Below are positions 38,401-49,720 of a stretch of DNA of 64,000 bases, piece after piece. The stretch lies in NCBI GenBank assembly GCA_964187785.1, contig OZ076409.1, forward strand, positions 10,294,001-10,358,000, given 5' to 3'. The stretch is from Amphiscolops sp. MND2022. Its lineage: Eukaryota. Every line of letters starts with the position of its first letter. Position 1 is the stretch's first letter. Below the pieces are notes generated by a model, which was not told the origin of the DNA, made no database searches, and saw only the letters and a program-made list of their open reading frames with translations. A program made the translations under genes and the position numbers.

Positions 38401-38803
38401 GCGTGCCCGGCGGTTTTAGAAACCAGCTCGGCAGCACTGCGCTACGTGTTGCGGGATTGCGGCAAGGAGCAAGTATTTTCACTGCGCCCCCGGGTAGGAG
38501 AAATTCTGACCCTGACTCCTGCAATCACCAATAAACCCACCCAGACCATACACTTGCTAATCACCCGTGCGAATCAGCGCGCCCCGCCAATAGCAGATGA
38601 TTTCCTATTATGCATGCCACAATTGACGGCATGGTTAGAGGACAGGGGTATTGCCCGAGTCCATTTTCCGATACTGGACCCCGAAAGACCAGTATTCTCC
38701 CTGACCAACCTGTAAAAGGTACTAGTGGATTTGTTCGTGGACACGAACATTCACGTGGTGCTACACAATCGCGTGTACGTGTCTATACTCGGCATAGAGA
38801 TAG
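29476..38803 (+). pseudogene. gag-pol: Gag-Pol polyprotein (about 3,100 aa when reconstructed), disrupted
   Basis: Coiled coil, capsid-like region, two CX2CX4HX4C knuckles (CFNCGQTGHSARDC, CSNCGIFDHADMQC), LVDTGS protease, YIDD RT, LDTDAS RNase H, GH..CLTC zinc finger, QYDH/SDN/VERQNR integrase, WRGPH motif, and a long C-terminal extension. Multiple stops and frameshifts. Confidence 0.93.
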
Positions 38804-39076
38804 GTGTTAAACCACCTGAGTGCCATCTCTCAAGTTATTCTTGCTTGAGCGAAAACTCAAGTAAATTCGGTTTTAATTTCTGTTAGAGTACGTCTTTTCT
38901 GTCATTAAATTTTATTGAGATCTACGTTGAATAAGGACGCCTTCAGCGCCCTCTTAATTAACCTTTCTATATTTACAATTATGTTTTCCACTAACTAGTT
39001 CCCTATAAACCGGTTTTAATGATGCACCAAGTGACATCAGTACCAAGGTTCTAATAGGCACCTATTTTAGAGCAGG

Positions 39077-42000
39077 ATGGCTTACGATCACAATGCCCCT
39101 GCAGCAATGCCTGCCTCGACTCAACCCAATCAGGACGTTGCCCGAACGCAACGTGTAAGGCAAGTGCAGTCTATTGAAGAAAGCATGCGCAATGGCATAT
39201 CGCCAGCTGAAATTGCAGGGATCACTGCTCTTTTAGCGCAACTGGAGACGCAGCCCACACTACCTAGCTTGGCAGTTTCTATAGTCGCCGATGTAGCTGG
39301 CTATAAGCGTACAATGACCTGTAGGAACGGCACTTGGGACGGCTACGATTTGACCCACTCCTTCCTTGATGATCGCTCCTCGGTGGTGCGAGGTCCCAGC
39401 GTGCTCACCACAATGGAGCAGGAAGCGTTGCTGCGGATCCCAATAGCCAACGTACCGATGCCGCAACCTCTCCCACCAGCACATCTGGTGATCCAGTCAC
39501 AGACACCATCAATACAATCGACGAGTCAAGCAGCATACCTGCCCAATGAGCATTCCATGATGCCCCCTGCAGCTCAAATGGCACCTTATGCCAGTGCTCC
39601 AGCGACCATTGCGTCGCACATGGTATTAAGCACAACACCCCAGCAGGAGCCAGAGGACTCCTCTCCAATGTCTATCGCTAGAGTGCAATCAGTGCAGTCT
39701 TCTGCACTTTCATCTGCCCGCAGCAGTATCACTGCACCAGATATGTCACATAGAACGCCAAGTGAGCAGGCAGTTATTCAAGCCCTCCAAGCAGTGGCGA
39801 ACTATCCAGAATCAAGAGAGTTCGTCAAAACTATGTCCAAGCAACTTCCAGGCCTACAAAACCTACTCGAAGCACCTGGTCCAAGCACCAGTTCAAATAC
39901 ACCTGGCCCTAGCACTGCTAGGACTAGAGCCCCCTCACCCATCTCAGGATTGTCACCCGTCTCCGATGAAGAGCTGGGTCGTAAACTAACCTCGCCGCAA
40001 GGGCAATCACCGACAGTCAGTACCACCGATAGTCCAACAAGTCGCCCTCCCCCGGATAAACGCCAGCATGCGCTGCGTTCAGTAGTTATACAAGAGCCAA
40101 CGAAAGTGGGCTACCGTGGTGTACCCATGCCCCAAATGGCAATGGACGAAGCTATAGAACGATATACTCCAAGTCCTAGTTCTTCGGCAAATGCTGAGCG
40201 CTCGAGCACTTCAGTGACATCCTCATCTTCCAGATCTACGGAACCAACACCACCGCCTTATTGTCCCCAGTCTGATGACGTTGCGGCAACTGTGGTGACG
40301 CGCGATGCCAATCGCATATGGCAAGTTGCCCCAAGGCTATATGAGCGGCAATTTCGTGATCGACAGCGAGTTCCACCCTCGAGCGCTGACCAAGCTCAGC
40401 TGAAGAAGCTTTCCATTGTATCTCATGTGACGATGACCCTACGAGCCCATGACATTGACAAAGGTGGGACAGCATGGGAGCAACGGATAGTTCAGAGATT
40501 GACTACTGCTCATGACAACTATTTGCGACCCATGATGAACGACTTGCATGCGCAATGCAGCGCCAGATACTCATTGCAACAAGGCGAAACCTGAGAGACC
40601 CACGGACAGTATCCTCGAAGTCTCAGAGCTATCCAACTCATTTTAAAGAATGCCCTACAGCGCACGCGCTACTGCGTGATGATGGATTCTACGGTCCCAT
40701 GCAGCCTTCCGTTTGACAACTTGGTTCCGGATGTCCTGGTAGTAACCATGCCCTTGTCGCAACTGCCAGAGATGGCCGAAGTAGCCATTGCCATGTTCGC
40801 TCCGGAATTGGAAGGATCTCAAAGGGAGCCACCACCGCGGAGGATTATTTTCTCCAATTAATTGGACCATATGGCTTGCGAAGGCCAGTTGCAAGACCTG
40901 CCGCGTTTACTACGCGAGATGACCACCCGTGACGCCGCCAGAAATGAAGTTTTGAGATTGTTGCACCAAATTGCCACCGCGATGGAGCGTACGGCAGAGA
41001 AGCTCCGCACTCAGTTGAGAGTGCCATCCCTGTTTGTTTCTCCTCCAGGCATGCTGTACTGGGGAGGTATGTTCCAACAGTGCGTATACATGCTGAGTGA
41101 GGTGTGCAAAGCTCGTAGCATCGAGTTTTACTTGTGCGCGCCCAACTTACGCGTCAGCAAGACGGACTTGCGCCCCGCCGCACTGTCAGCGCACGCATAC
41201 CTAGCACCGATCTCACGCCTATTGCAGCCAGTGGAAAAGGGAGGCAATGCACAGCTCACTTGGGATGATGCAGTCTACTATGATCATGGAATGCGTCTAG
41301 GCACGCTAACTTTCGATGAGAATGGCAATCGGACTCGTCCAGAGGCCACACTCAAAGAGCGCGAGATCATGCGCCGGTACAACTGGTTGGTGCGGGAGGC
41401 CCACCCAAATACAATTAAGGCGGATCTAGCTGCAGTTTGGGATCAGATCGGCAGATGGCCACTCAACCGCGAGATCGAGCGAACGATTCCTCTGATCCAG
41501 TTTGCCAACAATACTGAAATTATCAAAATGCCACTGGGCGTGAGGCACCTGGTAGCGCAAGAAGCCGTTACCCTCGATGAACTGGTCCAGGCGCGTGAGG
41601 TCACGTATGGTGACTGGTATCAGGAACGATTGGCCACCGTTACCTTGGAAATGGCAGCCAGAGGATTGTCTGCGTCCTTTCCGGCGCTGCTAACAAGTTT
41701 TGGCTTAGGCTGGCATTTGGATGTGATTGCCGCCGAATTTTGTCTGACGGATGACCAGTTAAAAAAACTCACCGACTTGCTGCAGCGAACCACAGTCAAT
41801 GAGGTACCTGCTCTTGCATTGGCCTTGGGCCCCACTAAATTTGTGGCTGGTCCCCTTGCCATTCTCGTAGATTTGACCACTACCGGAGGGATTCTAGAAT
41901 TCTACACGTATCTGGTTCTCGCACAAGGAAAGTTGACCAGCTTGATTGGTTTCGGAGAGTTGCTATTCTTGCAGAATGGGCGCAACTACACCGACCAGCT

Positions 42001-43347
42001 ATTCCGCATGGGAGCTTCGGTGCAACACTGGTTATACTCAACTCTGATCTATGCATCAGGTCTATTCGTAGGAGTTGACCAGGCTCAACCTCTTCATCAC
42101 CCTGACGCGCAACTGCCGCGCGAGAATGCAGGCTTTCCACTGCCACAGCAGTTGGCAGACTTAACACTCGCTGAAGTGGAGGACCTGGTCCCTGTCATCG
42201 CCCCAGTACTGATTCCTATCTTTGGAGCTTCAGGTGTACTGCGCTATCCCATTAAACCCGTCTACATGGCAGTTCAAGTAGCAACTGTCTCGATATTTAC
42301 TTACCTGCAAGGAAGTCCACCCATGTCATATGAGTGCATGATTCAAGAAACCTTGAGCGGTGAGATGCTTCAAGCATACACGACCATCAAGACTGAGCTT
42401 CAAGCTGAGGAGAACATGATGGGTGTCATTCGTGCCCGCGCGCGCAAAGCCGCAGAGCTCCCTCGTGAATATGGACCAGTCAACGGGTACAACGCACCAA
42501 TGGACCTTCATGGACAACCCTTTCGGTTCCCATGGACCGTGGACTTTATAAAGAAAACTATCAACTCTAGTCTGGATGCAAGTCCCACTGTTCGCTCGGA
42601 TTTTAGGTTCAAGTTCATCAAGGTACCCAACCGCTATTGGAAAGAGCCCGTGGGATATCCCCGTGCCCGCCCAATTGCGCGCGGCCAGGAGCTTTTGAAC
42701 CACCAGCATCGCCACACAGACTATGCGAATGTGCCACAATGGATTAGCGTCGCTGCGCAGGTGCGTGACCGCAATCTTTCCCGCCGGATGGCCCCGATAC
42801 AATATGAGCCGGTCTGGCGTCCGCAAGGCCGCATGACAATGTCGGGAGATACGCCACTGACGTTGTTGGATATTGTGAATCAAGTGCTGGGCGCAGAAAT
42901 GCGCGCCGAGTGGGATGACGAATGTCTCCACTTAGAAGTGACGAATTTCGAAATGTGGAAGAAGGCGTGTACACTATGGAAGCATGGATTTCAAAACGTG
43001 TGGCTCTAGCAGCTCACAATCGCGCTGAAGAGGAGCGTGCTCAGCGCTATGCTCCCACACCATCTCAAAACACCGCTGCCCCTAATATGGCCATGTCCTT
43101 GGAGCAAACCCTCACCGTGGAAGCTGCATCCTTGGAAGATGAGGTTACAGTTGAGACAGCTATGCCTGTAGCCCCTAGTCCTTCCGGTGAGCACACGGCA
43201 GAGCTTACGCCCAATGCGGCACTAGCTGACCCCATTGGACAATTAACCATCGACACCGAGGCGCCTACCAGACGCGTATCCACGAGCGATGCCTCACCCC
43301 CTAAGGAAACTTCTCCTCGCAGCAGAAACAGGCCTGCCGCCCAATGA
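39077..43347 (+). pseudogene. ORF3, ~1,420-aa accessory protein with a central SGNH-like domain
   Basis: ORFs 39077, 40676 and 40862 share one frame separated by single stops; there is a frameshift near 42985. Collinear with the minus-strand ORF3 at 50479-54787. Confidence 0.85.
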
Positions 43348-44127
43348 AGCACCTCTGCCAATACGAAGGTGAGCCCGAGGGCTCACACAAAACCAAATGA
43401 AGCTAAGCCTTCTCTTGCCGTATTCCTGCTACAAACTCATGATAAACATTTTAGCCTTACCTTGGTGCTGTATTAATTTCGGTGCAATTTCAGTTGATAG
43501 TTAGTAAATCAAATGTCTTCACTGCGTGCCTGGGGTGTACGGTCATTGAGTGCGCCTGCCCCTCCTGCTGATATTACGTTAACGAATTCAACAAAAAGAT
43601 ACAAACAATCATTGTTTTTCCTTGATGAATGCCTCCAGTGACGCTCGAAAAAAGAGATCCAGGTGCGCTAGCACAGCAGACTAGCAAAAAGATCTTTTTA
43701 AGTAGTCTGACATTCTTACGTTGAGTCGTGTGTGTTCTATCAATTTTCCATTTTTGAGTTGAGCCGATGCGCTCTTACAAAAAGATATTTTTAGCGAAAA
43801 ACTGAAAAAAAACGAGTTTTGACTAAACTGAGAAAATTTTATTTAGCAGGCACTTGTCGCAAAAAAAAACGTTTTAGCCAGCCAAAGGTGCTTCAAACAG
43901 CTCTAGCTATTGAAAATTTCTAGCTCTCGCGCTAGTGCTATAAACGACTCGAAAGTTTTTTTGTAAAATACTAGGTTTTGCAGTAAAATTGTCATAAGAT
44001 CCAAAAGGCAATGTCCCAAGGTGGCTGTTATATCCAACGGCGATCCGACTTCCAGATGTATCCACAGCATGTACGGGACCCTACTCTCAGCGAAGACCCC
44101 TACAATGCTTGCCAGGAACGACAAGCC

Positions 44128-44145
44128 AGGAGCCCGGGGAGTGGA
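44128..44145 (+). promoter_or_regulatory. Polypurine-tract region
   Basis: aggagcccggggagtgga immediately before TGTAAC of the 3' LTR; conserved in the sister element. Confidence 0.75.
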
Positions 44146-44850
44146 TGTAACGGCAGCCTGTGATCAAAAACGTTTTTCGAAATTTTCAAGATTTGCTGAA
44201 AAATTCAGGGATGACGTGGCACTCGAACATGGTTTTTATTCGAATTACCTGCCCAGAGAAGCATTGAAAGCTGGAAGAGCAGACCCCGCGAAGCGGAGAG
44301 AACCGAAAAAGCGTAAGATGGACCTGTGAAACGGTCCGAGAGCCTAGCCTATGCGCTAAACTTCGAAAAAACCCACGGTGACAAGATGAAAACGTGTTGT
44401 GCCAGACAACCCATATGTTGAGATCATTGCCATTCCCGGACCCATGGATGTGATCAGCCCACGAACCGCCGGTGCTATGCCACCTAGACTCAACTGCTCG
44501 CCAAACACTGGATTTAACTCTTTTATGAGGCTGTTTTAATGATTTGTTTGATTAATTTGTTATTCGAGAGCTTTTGATGCTATTTAAGATTCTGGACGAT
44601 TCAATTGAGTTCTATGCAACTAGCCCCGTTTTTATAGGCTGTTTAGGCGGTGGTTGTGAAGAGAAAAAGCATAATGCCCGTTATTCTCAGCAGTTAAAGA
44701 CTGGAACAGGTCAGAGAGCATCCCTTAGGACGGTTCCCCCTCCTCGGGACCGGCTACCCACAGGAGGACAAAGTGAGCTGGTGCTATGGTGGTTTGTCAC
44801 GGACCATATCCATATTGTCAGTTCCTCCACTCCAATGTTTCGTCCCAAAC
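44146..44850 (+). repeat. 3' LTR, missing its last 20 bp
   Basis: Matches 25952-26656, then switches at ..cccaaac to the duplicated flank. Confidence 0.92.
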
Positions 44851-45377
44851 TCTCCTATGACGTCTAGTTATATTGCTGTGAGCAATCAACTGTTGTTTGC
44901 AAACAACACATTTTTATGTGCGGCTATCCTGAGAAAAATCGAACTTAGGATCTCTTACCACATATTGCTGTCACTATCGAATCAATTTTTTTTTCATTTG
45001 CTTTTTTGATTTAAAAAATTTCAAACTTCAATAAAAAGTTTTTGGTGTTGTGAGGCTGTGAAGAAAGACTGCCATTTTCAAACAGAAGATTGATTAAGCT
45101 CACAAACTGAAAACAAAACTGTTTTAAAGGTCACGGATGTCAATGAGAAATCATTAGTCAAATTTAGTCCCCACGGAAACAAATCTTTTTTTTAGTACTT
45201 CTTTTTGAAACAATGTAAACAGTTATTAAAATTTAAAAAGCTCGAAGGACGAATGTCACTTTTGATTTCTTTATAAAGAAATCGGAACACCTGCTAGCAA
45301 GAAAAGTACAAAGATTCCATTCATTTTTTTGAATATTCAATCTTAATCATTGTTTTGAACTTGTAAGAACTACAAAA

Positions 45378-46325
45378 ATGAACTTTTATTTCATGCTACA
45401 TACTTTTATCTCCTTCTCGTCATATCTTACAGATACAATAGTTGCGAAATCTTTTCCACAGAAAGTTCTCTCTTCATTTTACCAAGAAAATATAGAAGGA
45501 AAATGCTTGAATTCTTCACGTAGTTTGATCAATACAGAAGTAAAATCAGAGTCCAAATGTGCTGTTCTATGCAACAAAAACAGTAATTGCTTATCCTTTG
45601 GAATACGTATTGTCCTTGGAGGCAAAATATGTCAGTTGTACAGCCAGGATATCTATTCACGGGCACGAGGGGTGAAAATTTTACAGAAAGATACAGAGTG
45701 TAAATATTTCGGAATGATAAAGGAAAGGAAGCCGATGTGCCAACAAGATGGTGTGTTCGCAGACATACAAAATGATGGCAAAACCAGTGAGAATTGTGCG
45801 ATGATACGTCGAAAGCGAGTTGACCGGGAGTGGGGCGAATGGGGATGGAACGAAACCCTAGATGACGGAGTTGATAGAAAAACAATCCAACGACGACAAA
45901 TTCTGATTGACGCAGCACATGGAGGAATAGAAGGCAATGGATCATCCGAGAAGATTGTCAGGTGGATCAAGTTTGTGAAACATGAAATGACGTGGGATAA
46001 AGCGAATGAATCTTGTGAGCTTTTGGGTGGTGAACTGTTTCACAGAGTCAATGGAACTCAGCAGCAGTTAGATTTCTTTGTGGATAAAATGGGAAACAAA
46101 TCACACTGGTTGGGAATCTACACAGACGATCACGTGGTCTGGAAGTCAGTGTTGGGTGACGTCATCAAACCAGAGCTTCTGCTTTGGAAAAGGGGTCAAC
46201 CAAATAATAATGGAGGTGATCAGAATCACGTTGCCAACACTGCACCATGGGATAATGTGCCCACAATTGGGTTGAGTGACAACAACAATTCGGAGAAGAA
46301 GCGATTCATTTGTGATATAATATGA
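45378..46325 (+). CDS. Secreted PAN/apple + C-type lectin domain protein, intronless, 315 aa
   Basis: N-terminal hydrophobic signal; CAVLCNKNSNCLSFG..CQLY (PAN); TSP1-like WGEWGW segment; CTLD motifs TWDKANESCELLGG, HWLG, W.RGQPNN, D....K.FICD. The ORF is uninterrupted. Confidence 0.88.
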   Translation: MNFYFMLHTFISFSSYLTDTIVAKSFPQKVLSSFYQENIEGKCLNSSRSLINTEVKSESKCAVLCNKNSNCLSFGIRIVLGGKICQLYSQDIYSRARGVKILQKDTECKYFGMIKERKPMCQQDGVFADIQNDGKTSENCAMIRRKRVDREWGEWGWNETLDDGVDRKTIQRRQILIDAAHGGIEGNGSSEKIVRWIKFVKHEMTWDKANESCELLGGELFHRVNGTQQQLDFFVDKMGNKSHWLGIYTDDHVVWKSVLGDVIKPELLLWKRGQPNNNGGDQNHVANTAPWDNVPTIGLSDNNNSEKKRFICDII

Positions 46326-46529
46326 AGCCGAAAACACGTCATTGCATTCTTAAATTGAAGCTACGTTATAATGTAGAAACTGTATATGAATCAGCTAAAT
46401 TAGACCTGTGTTTTGTTTCAATGTAACGAATTCATTTATCATGGATCTCTAGTGGGCCCAAAATTTGTGTTTTAGTGAATAAAACTTCATCAATGGGGAC
46501 TCTTTGAACCAACCCTAATGAAGACAATG

Positions 46530-47797
46530 CAGTACTGTGATTAAGAAATCGTCCACATATGGTAAATTTGCTTTACAAAAACGCTTGTTTCTCGAAAACG
46601 GCTCAAGTTACAAAGTTCAATTAAATACCAAATGAAACAGAATTGAAAACACTACATATTAATATTTAGTATGATAGCCTTCATTTCTTACAACCATTTT
46701 CAATCGGTTCGGAATTGAACAGTACAAATTTTGAACATAATCAGTCGGAATATGGGAATATTCCTCGAGTGCATATTGGCAAAGTTCGGCAACATAACCT
46801 TCACCGTCAGATAGGACCATAAATTCTTGATAATATTGAGATCCGGGCTTTGGGGGGTGTTGAACTTTTCTAGAAGTTGGACACCGTTTGAGTTCAAAAA
46901 TCTGGCAGTTTTTTGCGATTTATGTGCCGGGGCGTTATTATGTTGAAACAAATCGCCTTCTTGGACGTCTTCTAATAAATTCTCTTTCAAAATATCCATG
47001 TATTTTTCCGAGTTCCGACTTCCTGTAACAATAACGAGGTTTTTTTCGCCGGTAAACTTTATATAACCCCAAAACATGATTCTTTTTCCACCCAATTTTG
47101 TGTATTCTGCAAGTATTTCCGATCCAAAAGCTTTCCTGGGGGATGACGTACAAACTGTCTTCTCCTGGGATTCAATTCGATAATGGTTTCATCAGAAAAA
47201 AAAACTTTTTTTCCAATAATTGTTGTCTTTCTCAATCAAGCTCTGAGACCATTGGAACCGTTTTTGCACAATAATTGCCGATAACAGAGGTTTTCTGGCA
47301 GCAATTCTAGCCGGAAGGCTGTTTTTCAGCAGACATTTCCGAATCAAACTAGAAGAAACAGTCACTTCATTTTGCAATGAATTTTTCAGGTCCGTAGCGT
47401 TGAAAAAAGGATTTTAGTGTCTACCAACTTTTTAATATTTTGGGGCTACATTTTTTTTGATCGGCCCGATTTTGGTTTGTTTTCAAGGCTAGTAGGGTCT
47501 TTCTGGAAACGATTTATGATAGATGTAACGGTTGTTCTGCATAATTTGAGCTTTTTTGCGATAAATCGGTGGGATTTTCTCTTCATGTACAGAACAATAA
47601 TTTTATGCCGTTTTGCAACCGAAATTTGAAGCATTGCGAAAACTATTTAAAATGAGTGTTAGTCAGTCTGATAGAGAATTTTCTCAGTTTTCTGTCAATA
47701 TTTTGTTTGTTTTGTTAGCACTTGTAGACCCTGAGAAAAGTTGATTTTTGTTAGTCTAATTTTAATCTAGGGGGACGATTTCTTAATCACAGTACTG
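46530..47797 (-). mobile_element. Tc1/mariner DNA transposon (1,268 bp), decayed
   Basis: Perfect 25-bp TIRs cagtactgtgattaagaaatcgtcc at 46530-46554 and 47773-47797; TA on the right and TG on the left. Confidence 0.93.
46700..47634 (-). pseudogene. Tc1-family transposase, frameshifted
   Basis: HTH region with SGRSKK, ARKPLL, FSDE, MFWG, FQHNNAPAH, SPDLNIIKNLW; catalytic acidic positions are mutated. Confidence 0.9.
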
Positions 47798-48198
47798 TAA
47801 TGAAAATACGATCAAAGTGATTTTCAAAATGTAAGATTTGAAAGGTTTTAAATACCATACACTATAGTGTATGGTATTCGACTATATTCGAAGCATAAAT
47901 GTCATCAGAAAGTTTTCATTTTTTTCAGCATACTGTTTGCGAAATTTTAATCTCATGACTTTGTGAAAGTAATAAAATTATGAAACTGTTTTAATAAGCA
48001 AGCAAATTGATTGAATCAACAAAACTAGGACGCACACTGAACACTGGGATAGTTTTCGCCTTGAAATGCATTCGAAACGAGCTAGTAGCTGCTCAAGTCA
48101 GTGCCTAGCTCGATTCGTTGAAAGAGCACAATTTTTTATAACGATTGTCTCGTTTTCACGGAAATCAATGGCGGAATCAATTGGAGCAATTTAAAGAG

Positions 48199-48823
48199 AA
48201 CAAGCCGGGACTGGCCCAAGTCGGCGCCATATCCAAGGCTCAAAAATAGAAAAAAGACTTTCAAGTGTCAAGTATTCTCTTTTACAGTACTCGAAAATCG
48301 AAAATTTTACGAAAAAAATTTTTTTCGAAAAAATTACATACTCAAAAAAATGGACCGAGTGGCGCGCTGAAAGGGGACACTTGCGAAATTGTCAACATTT
48401 TTGTCGCAGTTGAAGGGGTTTTGTCGCAAAACATCAAAAAATTGAAGGGGGAAAGTTTTAATTTTCGGAAAAAATCTCACAGTGCCGAAAAAAAACTGAA
48501 AGGGGGACCCTTTGGGATTTTCTAACATCCATTCTGTCGCAAAACAGCAAAAAAGTTGAAGGGGGACCTTTTGGGGAAAAAATTTCCGGAAAAAAAGTCT
48601 TGCAGTGCCGAAAAAAATTGGAAAAGGGACCCTTTGGTCTCGCCGGGTATGGTATGTTACGCGGGAAAACAGGAAAAACCTTTTTGGTTCAGTTCGCTAG
48701 ACCAAATAGTGCAATTTGGTGCAATAATATTTTGTAGAACTATTTTGGTCAGTTCGTGTGGATTGAAAAAAAGAAAAGCCACTATAATAGTCGCGTTTCA
48801 CTTCATGAAGCGCCGACTAAAAA
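48199..48823. mobile_element. Non-autonomous sub-TIR element (Helentron/HINE-like), same family as 17027-17509
   Basis: agtcggcgc..gcgccgact sub-terminal inverted pair, short hairpin gggactggccc, and internal cagtgccgaaaaaaa..aagggggaccc repeats. Confidence 0.55.
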
Positions 48824-48976
48824 CCACTAACTAAACATATGAGAAAATGTGATTGAGATGAAAATACTCAATTAGTCTCTTGGCGCCTATAACACCTCGA
48901 AGAGGACTTTTTTGATCAAACGGACCCAAATAATTTTATAGAGCAAAAGCATGTTATAAACTAGAACACCAACAAT

Positions 48977-49720
48977 TGTAACGATAAGCGCTGGCGCTTG
49001 AACCGCAACGTAGAGTGGAGGAACTAGAACAGCGAATGTAATCTGGGACCTAGATCTCCGCGGCCCTAGCTCATTTTCCCTCCAAAGGAGCCAGTCCCAA
49101 GGTGGGGGAACCGTCTTGTAGGACGCTCTCTGGCCTGGTCCTAGTCTGTAACTGCTAAAAGTAACAGGCATCTTGCAAGACTCAAGACCACTGCTCAACT
49201 AGCCTTTAAAAATTGGGCTGAAAATCGATGAAGGTTGAACCGTAATATTGGAGAATCTGATAAAATCGCCAAATTGGATAAACAGATGTTAAACAACAGC
49301 TCTCGAGCATATTAATTTACCACATCGAAAAATACAACAAGAAATCAAGAGTTCAGAGTCATTTGATGAAAATTGACCTCAGGTTCCCAGCGCTAGCGCT
49401 AGTTGCCACACAGGATACCGCAGGGATACTCAGGCGAACATCTGGAACACTGGTTTCCTTTACTGTAGTAATGGATATCTCCTAGAGATTGACACAATAC
49501 CGTGTTCTGTATACGTCGGGGATGTCTTTTTAGTTGTCTCCGGTGCTTGTTCGTCGCGAGCGGCGATTTCTGCTTTTTCTGGGGTGCCTTTCTGGCAGGT
49601 ACTTCGTCTTGAGCATGTTCGAGTGCCACGTCAAATTTGAACGAATTTTTGACAAAATTTTCTGAACATGTCGAAGTTGCAAAGTTGGTTGATATTGCTG
49701 TACCAGAGCTTGCCGTTACA
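48977..49720 (-). repeat. 3' LTR of the sister element (744 bp)
   Basis: TGTAACG..CGTTACA termini; preceded by aggagcctggggagtga; blocks of similarity to the + element LTR. Confidence 0.88.

Larger units (their letters stand above)
25952..44850 (+). mobile_element. Giant (~18.9 kb) Ty3/gypsy-type LTR retrotransposon, near full-length, with extended Pol and an extra ORF3
   Basis: Two near-identical LTRs, PBS, ~2.8 kb leader, gag-pro-RT-RH-IN, ORF3, PPT, and a flanking 21-22 bp direct repeat. Confidence 0.95.

Noticed and set aside
39077..43347. ORF3 as an envelope glycoprotein
   Set aside because: No signal peptide, no Cys-rich ectodomain, no clear C-terminal TM anchor, and no similarity to the env-like genes in this window.
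44021..44329. ORF crossing the PPT into U3 (nef/sag-like), with DVTA and DVALEH shared with ORF 49399-49818
   Set aside because: The shared peptides come from conserved nucleotide motifs. The next conserved block (tacctgcc) is read in different frames in the two elements, and neither ORF starts with ATG.
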